Origin: Octopus vulgaris
Lineage: Eukaryota
Reading direction: 5' to 3'
NCBI GenBank assembly: GCA_951406725.2
Contig: OX597816.1
Location: 140,740,001 to 140,804,000, forward strand
Length of the DNA stretch: 64,000 bases
The notes beneath the pieces were generated by a model. It saw only the letters and a list, made by a program, of their open reading frames with translations, did not search any database and was not told the DNA's origin. The position numbers were made by a program, and so were the translations under genes. Of this stretch, positions 51,331 to 64,000 are shown piece after piece. Every line of letters begins with the position of its first letter. Within the stretch, counting starts at the first letter, position 1.

Positions 51331-53205
51331 TAATGCATTAAAAGTCAGCTTGAATCTTGCTTACTTGTAATGTTACCCAGCCAAACTGGCACATAATGGG
51401 AAAATACAATGACTTAAGTACACCCCGAAATGTTAATATGAACAGAATGAAACAAGTTTCATGTAAATCATACAAGTGATTTTTGAGATATCAGAGGTTT
51501 TTGGAAAAATATTCTGAAAATAATCTTAATTCTGGAAGGGAAGAAACTCTTATCTTTCAATTAGACACACTGACTTGACAACAAAAGTATACAATTTGTT
51601 TTTTTTTTACAGTAAATGCTTCTATTTTTGCTTTTGTTAAACACAGTATTTTAATTATTTAGAAATATTTTAAAGTGAATGTGATTTCAAAAATGTAAGT
51701 TGTTTGTGCAGTAAGTATTTATATTTTAGCTTTCTTTTAACAGACAATATTTTAATGTTTTTTAAAAATTATTTTCAAATGAATATCATTACAAAAATTT
51801 TTCTTGGCATATTAAAAAAATATTTCAAAGTGAAAATGACTTAAAAAATATGGTAAATATTTTGTAAACCTCAGTGTAAAATAGTTTTTTTTCCATAGTT
51901 TTTTTTTTTTTAATGCATTCAATGTATCTCACCTCCAAAGATTTGGCTGCTATTTCCAGCATACCCTGCTACCATGCAACAGTTATAGTTATTTGCGAAA
52001 AAGGACCAGAAATACCTGTTATGTGGTAGCAGGGCATGCAAGAAATAGCAGCCAGATCTTTCCTTTTTTGGGGAAGGGAGCCATTTATGCGTGATTTCAA
52101 TGACACATTCACTGAAAGCATGCAAAATAACCAGGGAAAGAAAAAAAAAACTCCCAAAACAAAACTCCATTGCTGGGAAACCCAGAGTTTCCTGGTGACC
52201 CAACATGTCACTGGTAGTCTAGTAATACATTAAAAGTGAAGTTCAATCTTGCTTGCAATGTTACACAGCGAAACTAGAACATAATGGGAAAATACTTTGA
52301 AAGTAAAGTGCCCCTGAAATGTGAATATGAACAGAATAAAACAACAGTTCTATATTTAAGAGATGAGGAATTATGTACATTATTTACATTCGACAGATAT
52401 TTGTCCTCATCTTGTTTGTTGTTAACACAACGTTTCAACTGATATACCCTCCAGCCTTCTTCAGGTGTCTTGGGGAAATCTCGAATGTGGGTTCTCATTC
52501 CTAAGGTAGTTTTTGATGTTATTATTATTATTATCATTATTGTTATTGTTCAGGTCACTGCTTGGAATTGAACTCGGAATCTTGGGGTTAGTAGCCCATG
52601 CTCTTAACCACTACATCATATGCCGTGTTCGATTCCAAGCAGTGACCTGAACAATAACAATAATAATAATAAGGACCACATCGAAAAATACCTTAGGAAT
52701 GAGAACCCAGATTCGAATAATAATAACAATAATAATAATAAAGACCAAAAATGGTGCATTAAGGGAAAATACTCCAAATATTACTTAACCTTGATGGGCA
52801 AATATTTTAAAGTGAAAATGACTTTAAAAATATGGTAAATATTTCCTGAAAGACTTGTTTGTAACCTCAGTGTGAAATAGTTTTTTTTCCATAGGTTTCT
52901 TTCAAGTGCATTCAACGTATCTCACCTCCAAAGATTTGGCTGCTATTTCTAGCATGCCCTGCTACCATATAACTGCTATTTGCAATAAAAGACCCGAAAT
53001 ACCTGTTATATAGTAGCAGGGTGTACAAGAAATAGCAGCCAAATCTTTCCTTTTCTGGGGAAAGGAGCCGTTTATGTGTGATTTCGATGTCACATTCGTT
53101 GAAAGCATGCGAAATAATTTTGGAAAAGACAAAGAAAACCCCCATGAAACAAAACTCCATTGATGGGAAATTCAGACTTCCCTGGTGACCCAGGTAGTCT
53201 AGTTA
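51331..53205. repeat. Diverged tandem duplication (~0.9-kb units, 51331-52221 and 52222-53205), possibly MITE copies with CCCAGC/GCTGGG ends
   Basis: Both units start taat(g/a)cattaaaagt...cataatgggaaaatac and share gtatctcacctccaaagatttggctgc...aaacaaaactccattg. The second unit is interrupted by the hammerhead SINE. Confidence 0.75.
52345..52717 (-). mobile_element. tRNA-headed SINE-like element carrying a minimal hammerhead ribozyme, followed by an inverted partial copy
   Basis: Minus strand: tRNA-like head with A box TGATGTAGTGG (52618-52608) and B box GTTCAATTCC (52573-52564), an (AAT)n linker, then gacac CTGAAGA a ggctg gagggtatat cagtt GAAA cg tt gtgtt (52469-52424). Plus-strand inverted copy at 52627-52717. 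Confidence 0.75.
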
Positions 53206-56200
53206 AATATATAATTAAATACCTGCTGCTTTCATACCTAGTACTATTATTATTGCTGCTTTCCAACTCAGTACTACAACATATAGATAAGAGCACCTAT
53301 GCACACATACAAGGAGCAGTAAGCAACAAGTCAGTAGTTATATTTAGGTTATATAAATATATTAAATTAAGAACATTGTATTCAAAATGTACAATAACAG
53401 GTTGCAGGTATAGCTTATTTCACACAAAAATTACATTTATTTTTCTTTACAAATACATAGTGTTTAATATTTGAACAAGGAAGATGCAATATAGTTAGAC
53501 AACTTTACAGTGTACAATTATTTCTATTAATTCTAAATGCTAATTACAATACATAATGAATAGTTACTTTTGTTTAATGTTGAAAGGCAAAGCTGATTTC
53601 AGCAGAATTTGAAGTCAGAATGTAAAGACGGCTGAAACGCCACTAAGCATCTTACCTGGTGTGCTAATAACTCTGCCAGCTCAATGACCTTATATATATA
53701 TATATATATATAAATATTGATTTCAAATTTTGGTACAAGGCCAGCAATTTCAAGGAGAGGGTAAGTTGATTATGTCAACCCCAGTGCTCAACTTGTACTT
53801 ATTTTATTGACCCTGGAAGGATGACAGATAAAGTCAACCTTGGCAGAATTTAAACTAATTTGAAATGCCGTTAAGCATTTTATCCGATGTACTACTGATT
53901 CTGCTAGCTCGCCGTCTTACTTAGATATAAATAAATAATAAACATTGCTTATATGACCGTCAAGACACAAAAATGCTATATTATGGGCAATAGCAAATTT
54001 TAATGTTTCCTCAAGCCAATTCTATACATAGCTTTTTAAGATTTTTTTTTATCTGTTTGCTTTTTAATGATATCTGCATTAAATTAAACCAATTGTTTTC
54101 AAGTGAATGTCATCTGAGTTATTTCTTCTCTGAACAATTCTACTTTCTGCTTCATCCCAGTGTACAATCTTATACATTTTCATTGTGATTCTCTCATCAC
54201 TACTTTGTCAAGTGTATACTTAACTTATGAGGTCAGAATAATACTGAAACATATCCAGAGAGATCTGCAATACCTATCAAAATAATCCAAATATCATCAG
54301 TCATCATCTGATGACTTTCTTCATATAATTTCTAGCTAACATTTTATGCAAGGCATATTAAAATGTTAATAACATTAACTCAATTATTGCTTTCATATAC
54401 ATGATAGCTATGACTTATGTAGTCTCAAACCAATTACATTTTTCAAAACCAACCACTGTACAATCTTGAACATGCATATATGAATTATGTTCAATATACA
54501 CGTATCTCCCATTTACAAAATTGGAAGAAATATTTCTTTCAATATTAAAATACAATATTTTTCAACATATTTATTTTAAAGGTATAAACACCATCACATA
54601 AGTATTGAAATACTTTCAAGTTTAAGTGTTGAAATACTTATATCATTGAATCAGTATTTCAATAAGCACTAAAATACTTGAGTTGTGAAGGAAATATTAG
54701 GGTTTAATCCAAGCCTAAGGGAAAATATAGTTGAAAAAATGTCCTTGTCTACAGTATGAAATGAAGGTTAAATAAATACACAGATGATAAAGTTAATAGT
54801 TTGATCATGTTTCACAAGTAACAACTTAGTTTATAAATATATACATATAAAGCTGCAAATTAAAGCAAGCAAAAATTACAATGCTAACTCTACAGGCAAG
54901 CTTGATCAAACACATCTATGGTTATTCTTTTTTTAAGGTTAAGATTGGATTTCAAGTGGGTTTGGCCACTACTTCTAGTAAGTAAAGTTCCCTTATAGTT
55001 GAAGGTGTGTGTGTGTTATATAGTATCAGAAATAGCTAGTCACTGCTTAATCTTAGATCAATCCTGATCAAGCAGGAACATATCTTAGCTCACCTTAAAG
55101 ACAGTGTATCATGAGGGAGATTTGGTTGCTAGGTTAGCAGACCATGTAACTTGATAGGGGATGTCAGGCTTAGGGGCAAGATGACTGACCATGTGTTTAT
55201 AAGTGCAAATTTCACTACAACCATTGTGTTGTGTACCTGAACAAGGCACATAATCTTGCTTCTGTTAGTTTGCTTGATTTGACACAAAACAGTTTCCAGT
55301 TTTTGATAGTTGTCTGGTTAGTGTTAAAAAAAAAATGAAGGACAGCCACCAACAAAGCAAAGCATTATGTGTTTGGTGGGATATAAAAGGTTTAGCCCAC
55401 TTATCCTACAATGACATTCTAAAAATAATCACATTGGAAACTTGAAGCTATGAGATAGTGCATTATTCATTAAAAATAATGCAAACACGTAAGTATTACA
55501 TTTGACAGAGTAATTTGAACACAAAAGGGTTAAACCTTTCAATTTATGCAAACATAGAAAAATGAATGCTTAAATTCTTTTATTAATAGTAAACTTTATA
55601 TTAAGGATACAAAGGAGGATCAGGTGGGCAAGATAGCACTAATAATGTTGGGAATAGATATGGGGTATTCTGGTATGAAAAAAAAACAAAAACCTAACAA
55701 TTGTATCAAAAGAGATTTGTCTCATCTAGTAAATGTTTTAGAAACTAAAGTTACAGGCTACTAATCCTTGTTGTCTCCAGAAAGATTGAACACTTATTTG
55801 CTTTAAATATCGGACTATGATCATAACAAATTACCACCTTTAAAGAGTTTTAGTAGATCATACAGACTCCAGGACTTATTACTTTACAAATCACTTGTCA
55901 CATTGCTAAGTTAGGGACATAAACATAGGCACTGCTTTTTTTAAATAATGTCAGTGTAAAGAGATACATACATGCATATACCCTTATTAATACATACACA
56001 CCTAATGACATACAATGAGTTTCTGCACTGATTCCATTTATGAATTTCATTCCTTAAGCATTTATCAGCCCTGGGCTATAAAAAGATACATGTTTGCAAA
56101 GCAAACTTCTTAATCATACAGTCATGCCTACACCTGATTAATGTATGAATATTTAACAATTTTAAACCTCAGTTGATATATTTCTTTGATGCATATGATT

Positions 56201-56533
56201 TCTAAAAACCCCATGTGCAAATAAGAAAAATATATAAAGTCAATATAATAATAATAATAATGATAATAATAATAATAATTATTATTATTAAGGCAGTGAG
56301 CTGGCAGAATCATTAGTATGCTGGGTAAAATGCTTAGTAGCATTTCATCTGTCTATGTTCTGAGTTCAGATTTTACTATGGTCAACTTTACCTTCCATCT
56401 TTTCAAAATTGATAAAAAATGTACCAGTCAAGTACCAAGGTAGATGTAATTAACTGCTTCTCTCCTGTCAAAAACTTCTAGCCTAGTGTCTAAATCAGAA
56501 ACAGTAAAAAATATATATATATATATATATACA

Positions 56534-57450
56534 ATGGGTCATCCCATAAACAAAGTGGTTTTTCCAATTGCATGAACTAAAAGTTCAACTTGCTATAACA
56601 GCAGGTAGTAATTTTACCTTGTCCTTATTCTTAGCACAAGTTTTGAAGAGTGCAGTTTGATTTGAACTGTTATTGTTTCAAAGTTATAACTGAAGTGATA
56701 ATGGAGCATATTCAGCATATTTTGCATTATGGGTTCAATAATGTGTGCCCTTCTTTGCTGTCATATCTCATGAACGAACCTTCTTTGGACCAAATAGTGA
56801 CTGGTGACGAGAAAAGGGCTCTTTATAAAAATGTCAAGCAGTGAAGACAGTGGGTAGAGAGAGGAAAAACCAGGTACCCCAGGCTAAAGAAGGTCTTCAC
56901 CCATGTAAGGTGTTGTTATGTGTTTGGTGGGATATATAAGGTTTAGTCCACTTTGAACTTTTAAACCTAAACCAAACGATAACAAGAGAGATCTACTGTG
57001 AGTAGCTTGAGTGCTTAAGTCAATGCTAGAAGGAAAATGACCATCTTTGGTTTCAAGACGAAAGGTGTTCTTCCATCAGGATAATGCTTGGCCACATACA
57101 GCGAGGACGGCATTTGAAAGGCTGGAGCAGTTTGAATGGGAAATGATGTCCTACCCACCATATTTGCTGGACATTGTCCCACCTGATTATCATTTATTCT
57201 GCAGTCTTCAAAATCATTTGGACAGAAAAAATATCAATTCTGTAAACAAGGTTCAAGCAGTACTGGAGGAGTGTTTTTCATCAAAGACAAGTGAATTTTG
57301 GAACAGGGACCTTGCAAGTCTTCCAGATAGATGGACGAACATTGTAGAAAAGGAAGGAGAATGTACTTTAGATTAAAAAAGAACTTTGTTTATCTTAATT
57401 CTGAAAAATAGAAGTATATAAAAAAAAAACACATTTGTGGGATGACCCAA
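56534..57450 (+). mobile_element. Internally deleted mariner element with TIRs
   Basis: tgggtcatcccataaa ... tttgtgggatgaccca TIRs. QIVTGDEKR, FFHQDNAWPH, YPPYLLDIVPPDYHLFCSLQNHL. The HTH region is missing. Confidence 0.88.
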
Positions 57451-57764
57451 TATATTTATTGAGCTAGTAGAAATATCAAAACATTGGAAAAAATTTCTTG
57501 TATTGTAGCATTTATTTTAGCTCTTTATATTCAAATGCGACTAAAATCAACTTTAATCTTTCACTCCACAAGTCAATAAGTTCTAGGCAAGTATAGGAGT
57601 TGATTGTATTGACTAACTTCTTCCCCTCAAAATTGCTAGCCATGTACCTTTATTATTAGATAAAAAGACTAATATCCCTTTTTTCTTTTCCCATATCACA
57701 ATGTAAAATGTTTTGTAAGTTTCCTTATAATATTCTTATCTGCTGCTCTTACTGCAATAAAAGG

Positions 57765-57986
57765 ATTATTATTATTATTATTACTATTATTATTATTATT
57801 AAGGTGGTGAGCTGGAAGAATTGCTAGCATGCTTAGTGGCATTTTGTCCATCTTCAAATTTTGTCACGGTCGACTGTCTTTCATCCACTTGGAGTCGATA
57901 AAATAAGTAACAGCTCAGCACTGGGGTTGATGTAATCGACTTACTTCTTCTCAAAAATTTCTGAGCTTGTGCTAAAAATCTGAAAC

Positions 57987-58028
<42 letters not shown>

Positions 58029-58472
58029 GGCAGTAAGCTGGCAAAATTGTGAGCACACCAGACAATATGCTTAATAGCATTTTTTCAGCTTTACATTCTA
58101 AGTTTGAATTCTGCTGAGGTCAACTTTGATTTTATTCTTTCAAAGTAAATAGAATAAACTACAAGTTGAGCACTTGGGTTGATGCAATTAACCTCTTGCC
58201 AAATTTCAGCAGTATACCTACAGTAGATAGAATTATTATTATTAAGATGAGCTAGTTGAATCATTAGCATGCCAGACAAAATGCTTAGAGGCATTTCTTG
58301 ACTTTATGTTCCGAGTTCAAATTATGCTCACATAAACTTAGCCTTTTATCCATCCTTTCACGGTCAATAAAATAAGTACTTGTTGAACACTGGGTTGATG
58401 TAATCAACTAGTACTCTTCTCTCAAAATTTCAAACCTTGTGCTTTATAAGAATTATAATTATTATTGTTGTT
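57765..58472 (+). mobile_element. Three head-to-tail copies of tRNA-derived SINE family B separated by (ATT)n
   Basis: aagg(t/c)ggtgagctgg.agaat...aatgcttag...gagttcaaatt...ctttcatcc...aaaataagta...ggggttgatgtaatc. Other copies at 26790-27055, 46450-47125, 53570-53920 and 56290-56500. Confidence 0.8.
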
Positions 58473-59658
58473 GTTAAGCCATTTGAAATTTGAATTGTAT
58501 AAAGAAACCAATGCTATTGTAAAGGAAGAATGCAATGAGTGTAGGTGTATAATGCTGAAGGATTTACAATGTAAAAATAAGAATAAATGACTTGAATATC
58601 TTCAACTGTAACTATTGAGCTTTCTAATCAGAAGGATTAATTTCATCTAATCTAATTAATTCTATTGATTGCCTTGACTGCACAAGGGAAGCTAGCTATT
58701 TGGTTCTGCATGCCACTATATTTTTATTACAAGCAAGCCTGGCATTCTACTGTAATTTGTCTGACGAAGATGTTGAAGCAGTGAATTAAATAAAGATGGA
58801 AGCCAAATGCAGAGGAAGTGGAGTAGAGGAGGGAAGAGCCAAATTATTCTTTGGGAGATTAACTTGATTACCAATATGATATATATTTATCAGACTAAAA
58901 ATCTACTAGCAAGTCCATAGAGCAAATCATATATTTATCCAAAACAGTACCAGATATAAATAGAAAAAAATATTGAATGTTTATTTCAGAGTATGAGCCA
59001 AAGGATATCAGTATTGCAGAATTCCGGGAAAAAAAAGGGAGGGGGGAGATTAAAATAGATGCTGCTTCCAATATTAGTTGAGTGGTTGTCTTTATAAAGA
59101 ACATCCAATTATAAGACACAAGGTCAAAAAAATCCTTTTTCTTTTTCTTTTTTTTACTTGTTTCAGTCATTAGACTGTTGCCATGTTGGGACACCATCTC
59201 AAAGAATTTTTAGCTGAACAAATTAACCCCAGTACTTTTTTTTTAAAGCCTAGTACTTGTTCTATAGGCCTCTTTTGCCAAACTGCTAAGTTGCAGGGAT
59301 GTAAACACACTGGCTGTTAAGTGGTGATGGGGAACAAACACAGACACACACAAGATGGGCTGTTTTCAGTTTCTGTCTACCAAATCCACTCACAAGGCTT
59401 TGGTCAGCCTGAGGTTAGAGTAGAAGACACTTGCCCAAAGGGCCACACAATGGGACTGGACTTGGAACCATGTGGTTTGGAAACAAACTTCTTACAACAC
59501 AGCCACATTTACACCTAAAAATTGTAGACCATTTCTTCATTTCCCAGGAAGAAAAAAACCAAAAATATATAATACATAAATCTCTTTAACCACAGTTAAT
59601 TCTGAGAGAAAATGGCTACGCATGAATTAAAGTATTTTATAGACAACAGAGCTGGTTT

Positions 59659-60060
59659 CATCATCATCATCATCATCGTTTAACGTCCGTTCTCCATGCT
59701 AGCATGGGTTGGACGGTTCGACCGGGGATCTGGGAAGCCAGAAGGCTGCACCAGGCTCCAGTCTTATCTGGCAGTGTTTCTACAGCTGGATGCCCTTCCT
59801 AACGCCAACCACTCCGTGAGTGTAGTGGGTGCTTTTTACGTGCCACCTGCACAGGTGCCAGGCGAGGCTGGCAACAGCCATGGTCGGATTGGTGTATTTT
59901 ACGTGCCACCGGCACAGAAGCCAGTCGAGGCGGCGCTGGCATCGGCCACGAGTCGGATAGTGCTTTTTACGTACCACCAGACCAGGGGTCCTGGCTGGTT
60001 CAATTCGATTTCGATTGCCCCAACATGTCTTCGCAAGCAAAGGGGGTTGGCATGGGTGCC
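59659..60060 (-). mobile_element. RTE LINE 3' UTR, young truncated copy
   Basis: Highly similar to 38855-39358, with a (cat)n tail and three repeat units. Confidence 0.8.
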
Positions 60061-63000
60061 TATGATATAAAGTGATCTTGGTTCTATGTATTTTGAAGAT
60101 AAAATGAAAAGTAATCTGTTTAAACTTGTAGCATTAGTTACCAAAGAGGAACAGAAATCCAAAATATTATAAAGAGATCATGTCTAATATTTCAAATCAA
60201 GTGAGATATATCCTGAGGTAAAGCAACGAGTTAATGGTTAGGATAAGGACAGAGAGTTGCTAGCATTTAGAATGAAAAAGGTTGTGTAAGTTGGTAAAGG
60301 TTAGAGAAACAAATGCTTGAGGTTAAGAGTTTGATTGCTTTTAGGACAAGTTTCTTTGTGTTGAAAGAAAAGATGTTTTATCATTTAGTAAGTGTTGATA
60401 ATTATAATTTAAAAAATTTTCTTTAATTGCTAAGGAAAATAACTAAATTAATAGCATGAATTTAGATACATTAAGGGATGAATCAATGAATGATATACAT
60501 GAAAAACTCAACTGAATGAAGTTTCAACTTTTCAAGAAAGGAAACAAAAGTCAAACAACAATTATTAGGGAGACTCTAAGTGGAGATAATGTCAAATAAC
60601 AGTAAATTCCACAAAATAATTTACATGCTTAGGAATCCCACCACAAAAAACTAATATTCGTTAGCAGGGTAAAAGGAACTGCAGAAATATTTCTGTATTA
60701 CTGGAGTTTGACAGTGAAGCATAGTTAATGTCAAGTCTAATCAGCTGGCAAAGTCTTTTTTTTTAAAGTAAAAAGAATTATAAACATTTCTGGCTTGTGG
60801 TAAGTTTCCATAATTAGAAAAATATAGATAATGGAGGTGGAGGCATATACCTTCATAAAAGCATATGGCTAATATACTCTTGTTAAGCCTGTCTGCTCTT
60901 TGGTAACCTCTTCTTTTTATCACTAATACACTCTCAGATACCTCCTCATCTCTATCAGCAACACTAACTCTCAACCCACTGAACTTCTCCCCTGTCATGA
61001 TATTTTCTCCATTATACACTTGTTCGAGCACTGAACTATTTCTACCACTCCCCATTCTACCACTGTTTCCTCATCACACTCTTGCTCCCTACTTCCTGGT
61101 CACATTACATTGACTGAGTAGAGACATTATAGAAGTGATGATCCTTTAATCATGTGAGTGAGAAGGCAACCTCATTAGTGTTGATGTCAAGATAAAATGC
61201 ACTCAGTATCACTCTAAAGTGATTAGAAAACAAGCAGAGACTATGTAGGATTGAGAATATCCTTTAATCTGTCTGAAGACACAAGCACTGCTACCATGGG
61301 CATCTAGCCACAGAAATGGAATGCTCTAATTAAGACATTGTCCTCTGACCAATCTAGGAGGGCAGTAACTAAATAATTGTACAGAAAGTGGATATAAAAT
61401 CATGATACTCATTATCTATTACTATTTCATATATTTGGTGTTTATTACTTATATGGACTTCTTGGTACATTTAATATTACAACAGAAATACAAACACACA
61501 GTGATAGAAGTGAAAGATTTTACACTCCTAATTATGCACTCAAACTATACAGTTTTCTATGCTGAGGATCATGGTAGTAGAATGGCAACATGATGTTTTG
61601 CTACAGCAAAAATAATAGAATAATGGAGACACTTAAGACAACATTTACAGAATTTGAGTTAAAATAATTGGGTGATAAATGAGAGACATACCAGAAAATG
61701 CGTTTCCATCAAAACGATCAAGCCAGGAAAGTAAGGGGACAAAGGATTTAGAAGTTTTTAAGAACAGCAGGTTGGAGTTCCTGTTCATGAAGAGACAGGG
61801 CTTAATAATACATACAAAAAGACCATTGCACAAAAAATGCCAGAGGATTATGGAAACAAAATATTGAAATAAAATGCTTTCTAATATTGCTAAGCTGGTA
61901 TTGTTTTCTTTTGTGATATTTTGCAAATGTATTTATGCATGGCATGATATTTTCACTTTAAATGCCTGACATTCATGTTGGACTTTTGTATCTATGTTCA
62001 ACTATACTGGTATTTTGTGTAAAATATTTTTTCTGCTTTAGCTGAGTTGTTTTTATCTTATTATTGCATTCATGTATGATATTTTCACCTTAAATGACTC
62101 ATCTTGATTTATTATAGCGTGTTATAAAATGTGTTCAGTCATAGCTAAGCTGCTTGTTTTCTCTTGTAAAGTTTTGCCCTTGATAAGAAAATTAATAAGC
62201 AGTATCTCCATGGGCAGCTAATAAAGGTATGCAGTTGCTAATGAAATCTCAACAAAGGATTAGAACTACCCCAACTGATCCCTCTTTTTCTATCCATGAA
62301 AATACAGCAAGTAAACACAAGTTATTTACATCTGTTCATTGCATAGTATAGGTTAAAATCTACAGATATACTCTATACTATTTAATATTAATGCAATCAG
62401 TAATTGATTATTTGAACTGGCTGCGAAGAATATGTTATGTATGGAAATTGGTTAGTTCAGTTTTTTTTAGCCCTCAGTAATAATGGGGTTTATAATGTCC
62501 TTGAAGATACTTATATAAAGTGTTTACATCTGTCTATTATATAGTGTTGGCTAAAATCTATACTCTAAAATAAAATATAGGTTTGAAATTACAGTTGTAT
62601 TATTAAAAACAAAAATCCTGATATCCTAGTTGTATGTTTTGTCCAAGTTTTTCAACTTTAATGTAGCTACATATTTAGGAATCCCACCCCAAAAAAACGA
62701 AAAAAAAAACCCAAAACAATTTCAGTCTGAAATTGGATGCATTTCTGTGTGGTATAGAGACGGAGGAATCTTATATGCTCGTGAGCTTCACATGCCATCA
62801 AATACAATATTTTCTAATTTTGGAGAGCAAACAAATTAACATAGCTAAATAAATACTAAACATGTGATGTCATCCTAAAGACTTAATGCTTATAGAGTTT
62901 GAGTATTTTAATTGCTTTTCATGAGTAGAGAGGGTAAGGTATTGGATATGTTTTTGCGATGTTTGTGCAAGATCTTTGACTGGAGGTGTTTCCACTTTAG

Positions 63001-63533
63001 TTGTTGAAATATATATTGTTTGCAGTCTTCAATTACTTTTTCCTCCAGCAACAACTGGCAATTAGTGTCAAATGCCATTTTATATTCCAAGTTCTACTCA
63101 CAACTAGCTCCTTATGCAATATACAAAAAAACTTCATCACATTTATCAACACTGCTATATTGGTCAGTCCACTGAACTCAAAGATTTTGTTTACTTCCTT
63201 GTTATAATAATTTAATTTTTATTTTATTAGCTGTTGCCATTAAGGTGGGTCTAGCAAACAAGACTGAAAGAACTGCAGGTGAGAAAAAAGTTAATCACTG
63301 GTGTTATTGTGTCAGCTTGCTTGAGTGACTAATGATGAGTTGCTAATTCATTAATCTGTAATTTAATTTAATTTATGGAGTGTAGTATAAAATGCTGCAT
63401 TATTAGATATAACTGTAAAATACAAATTCTTGAAACTTTTATCTTTTACTGGTTTCATTCATTGGACTGTGGCCATACTGGGGCACTGACTAGAAAGGTT
63501 TTAGCTAAATGACCCCAGTATTTACTTTTTTAA

Positions 63534-63745
63534 CCCTTTAGCATTTAAACAAGCTTTATCTGACCAAAATATTCTACCTGTTTTATGCTCAAACTGGCCA
63601 AATCCAGGCTCTCTCACCTACCCTATTGTAAAAATAAATAATCACATTATTGAAATCTTGAAGCTACCAAATAATGCATGATTAATTCAAAACAATGTGA
63701 ATAAATAAGCCTTACATTTAACAGAGTAATCTGAATGCTGAAGGA
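63534..63745 (+). mobile_element. piggyBac-like MITE nested in SINE family A
   Basis: TTAA|ccctttagcatttaaac ... gagtaatctgaatgctgaagg. SINE A sequence lies on both sides. Confidence 0.7.
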
Positions 63746-64000
63746 TATTTAGTGGTTTGGCATAATATTATTGAAAGATTAAGTTATAGGAATGTAACCA
63801 AACCAACACCAGTTGTCAAACAGTGGCAGGGGAACACAAAAACATACATATATTGACATATGCATTTATGATAGGCTTCTTTCAGTTTCTGTCTACTTAA
63901 TCCATTTGCAAACCTTTGGTTGGCCAAGGGCTGTAGTAGATGATGCTCATCCAAGATGCCATGTAGTGGGACTGAACCTAGAACCATGTGGTTGGAAAGT

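Noticed and set aside
52560-52624. Functional tRNA gene
   Set aside because: The acceptor stem is not closed and it continues into a repeat body, so it is a SINE head.
51919-53160. Duplicated minus-strand ORFs (MEFCF...FGGEI)
   Set aside because: They lie inside the tandem repeat units with indels and no recognisable domain or splice pattern.

Overview
AT-rich, repeat-dense eukaryotic DNA. The SINE/LINE families and (TA)n/(ATT)n/(GAT)n microsatellites suggest a mollusc, probably an octopod cephalopod; this is inference, not a database result. Two host genes lie on the minus strand. The first is a GT31 beta-1,3-galactosyltransferase (main exon 1142-2091, with a candidate 19-nt ATG exon 12 kb upstream at 14252-14270). 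The second is synaptogyrin (three coding exons at 39529-39748, 36137-36279 and 31136-31330; the first exon was not found in the window; probable ~4 kb 3' UTR). The rest is transposon debris: mariner/Tc1 elements, a piggyBac-like MITE, CR1/L2-like and RTE LINEs, a Penelope-like element (PLE), LTR remnants and two tRNA-derived SINE families. The most interesting signals are: (1) several families of short inverted-repeat elements carrying minimal hammerhead-ribozyme motifs, including a tRNA-headed (Pol III) SINE-like element with a hammerhead and a family with the compensatory U3-A8 core; (2) a LINE whose 3' end matches the SINE tail, with compensatory stem-loop changes; (3) a perfect 42-bp palindrome in the putative synaptogyrin intron; and (4) a mariner derivative with two left ends.
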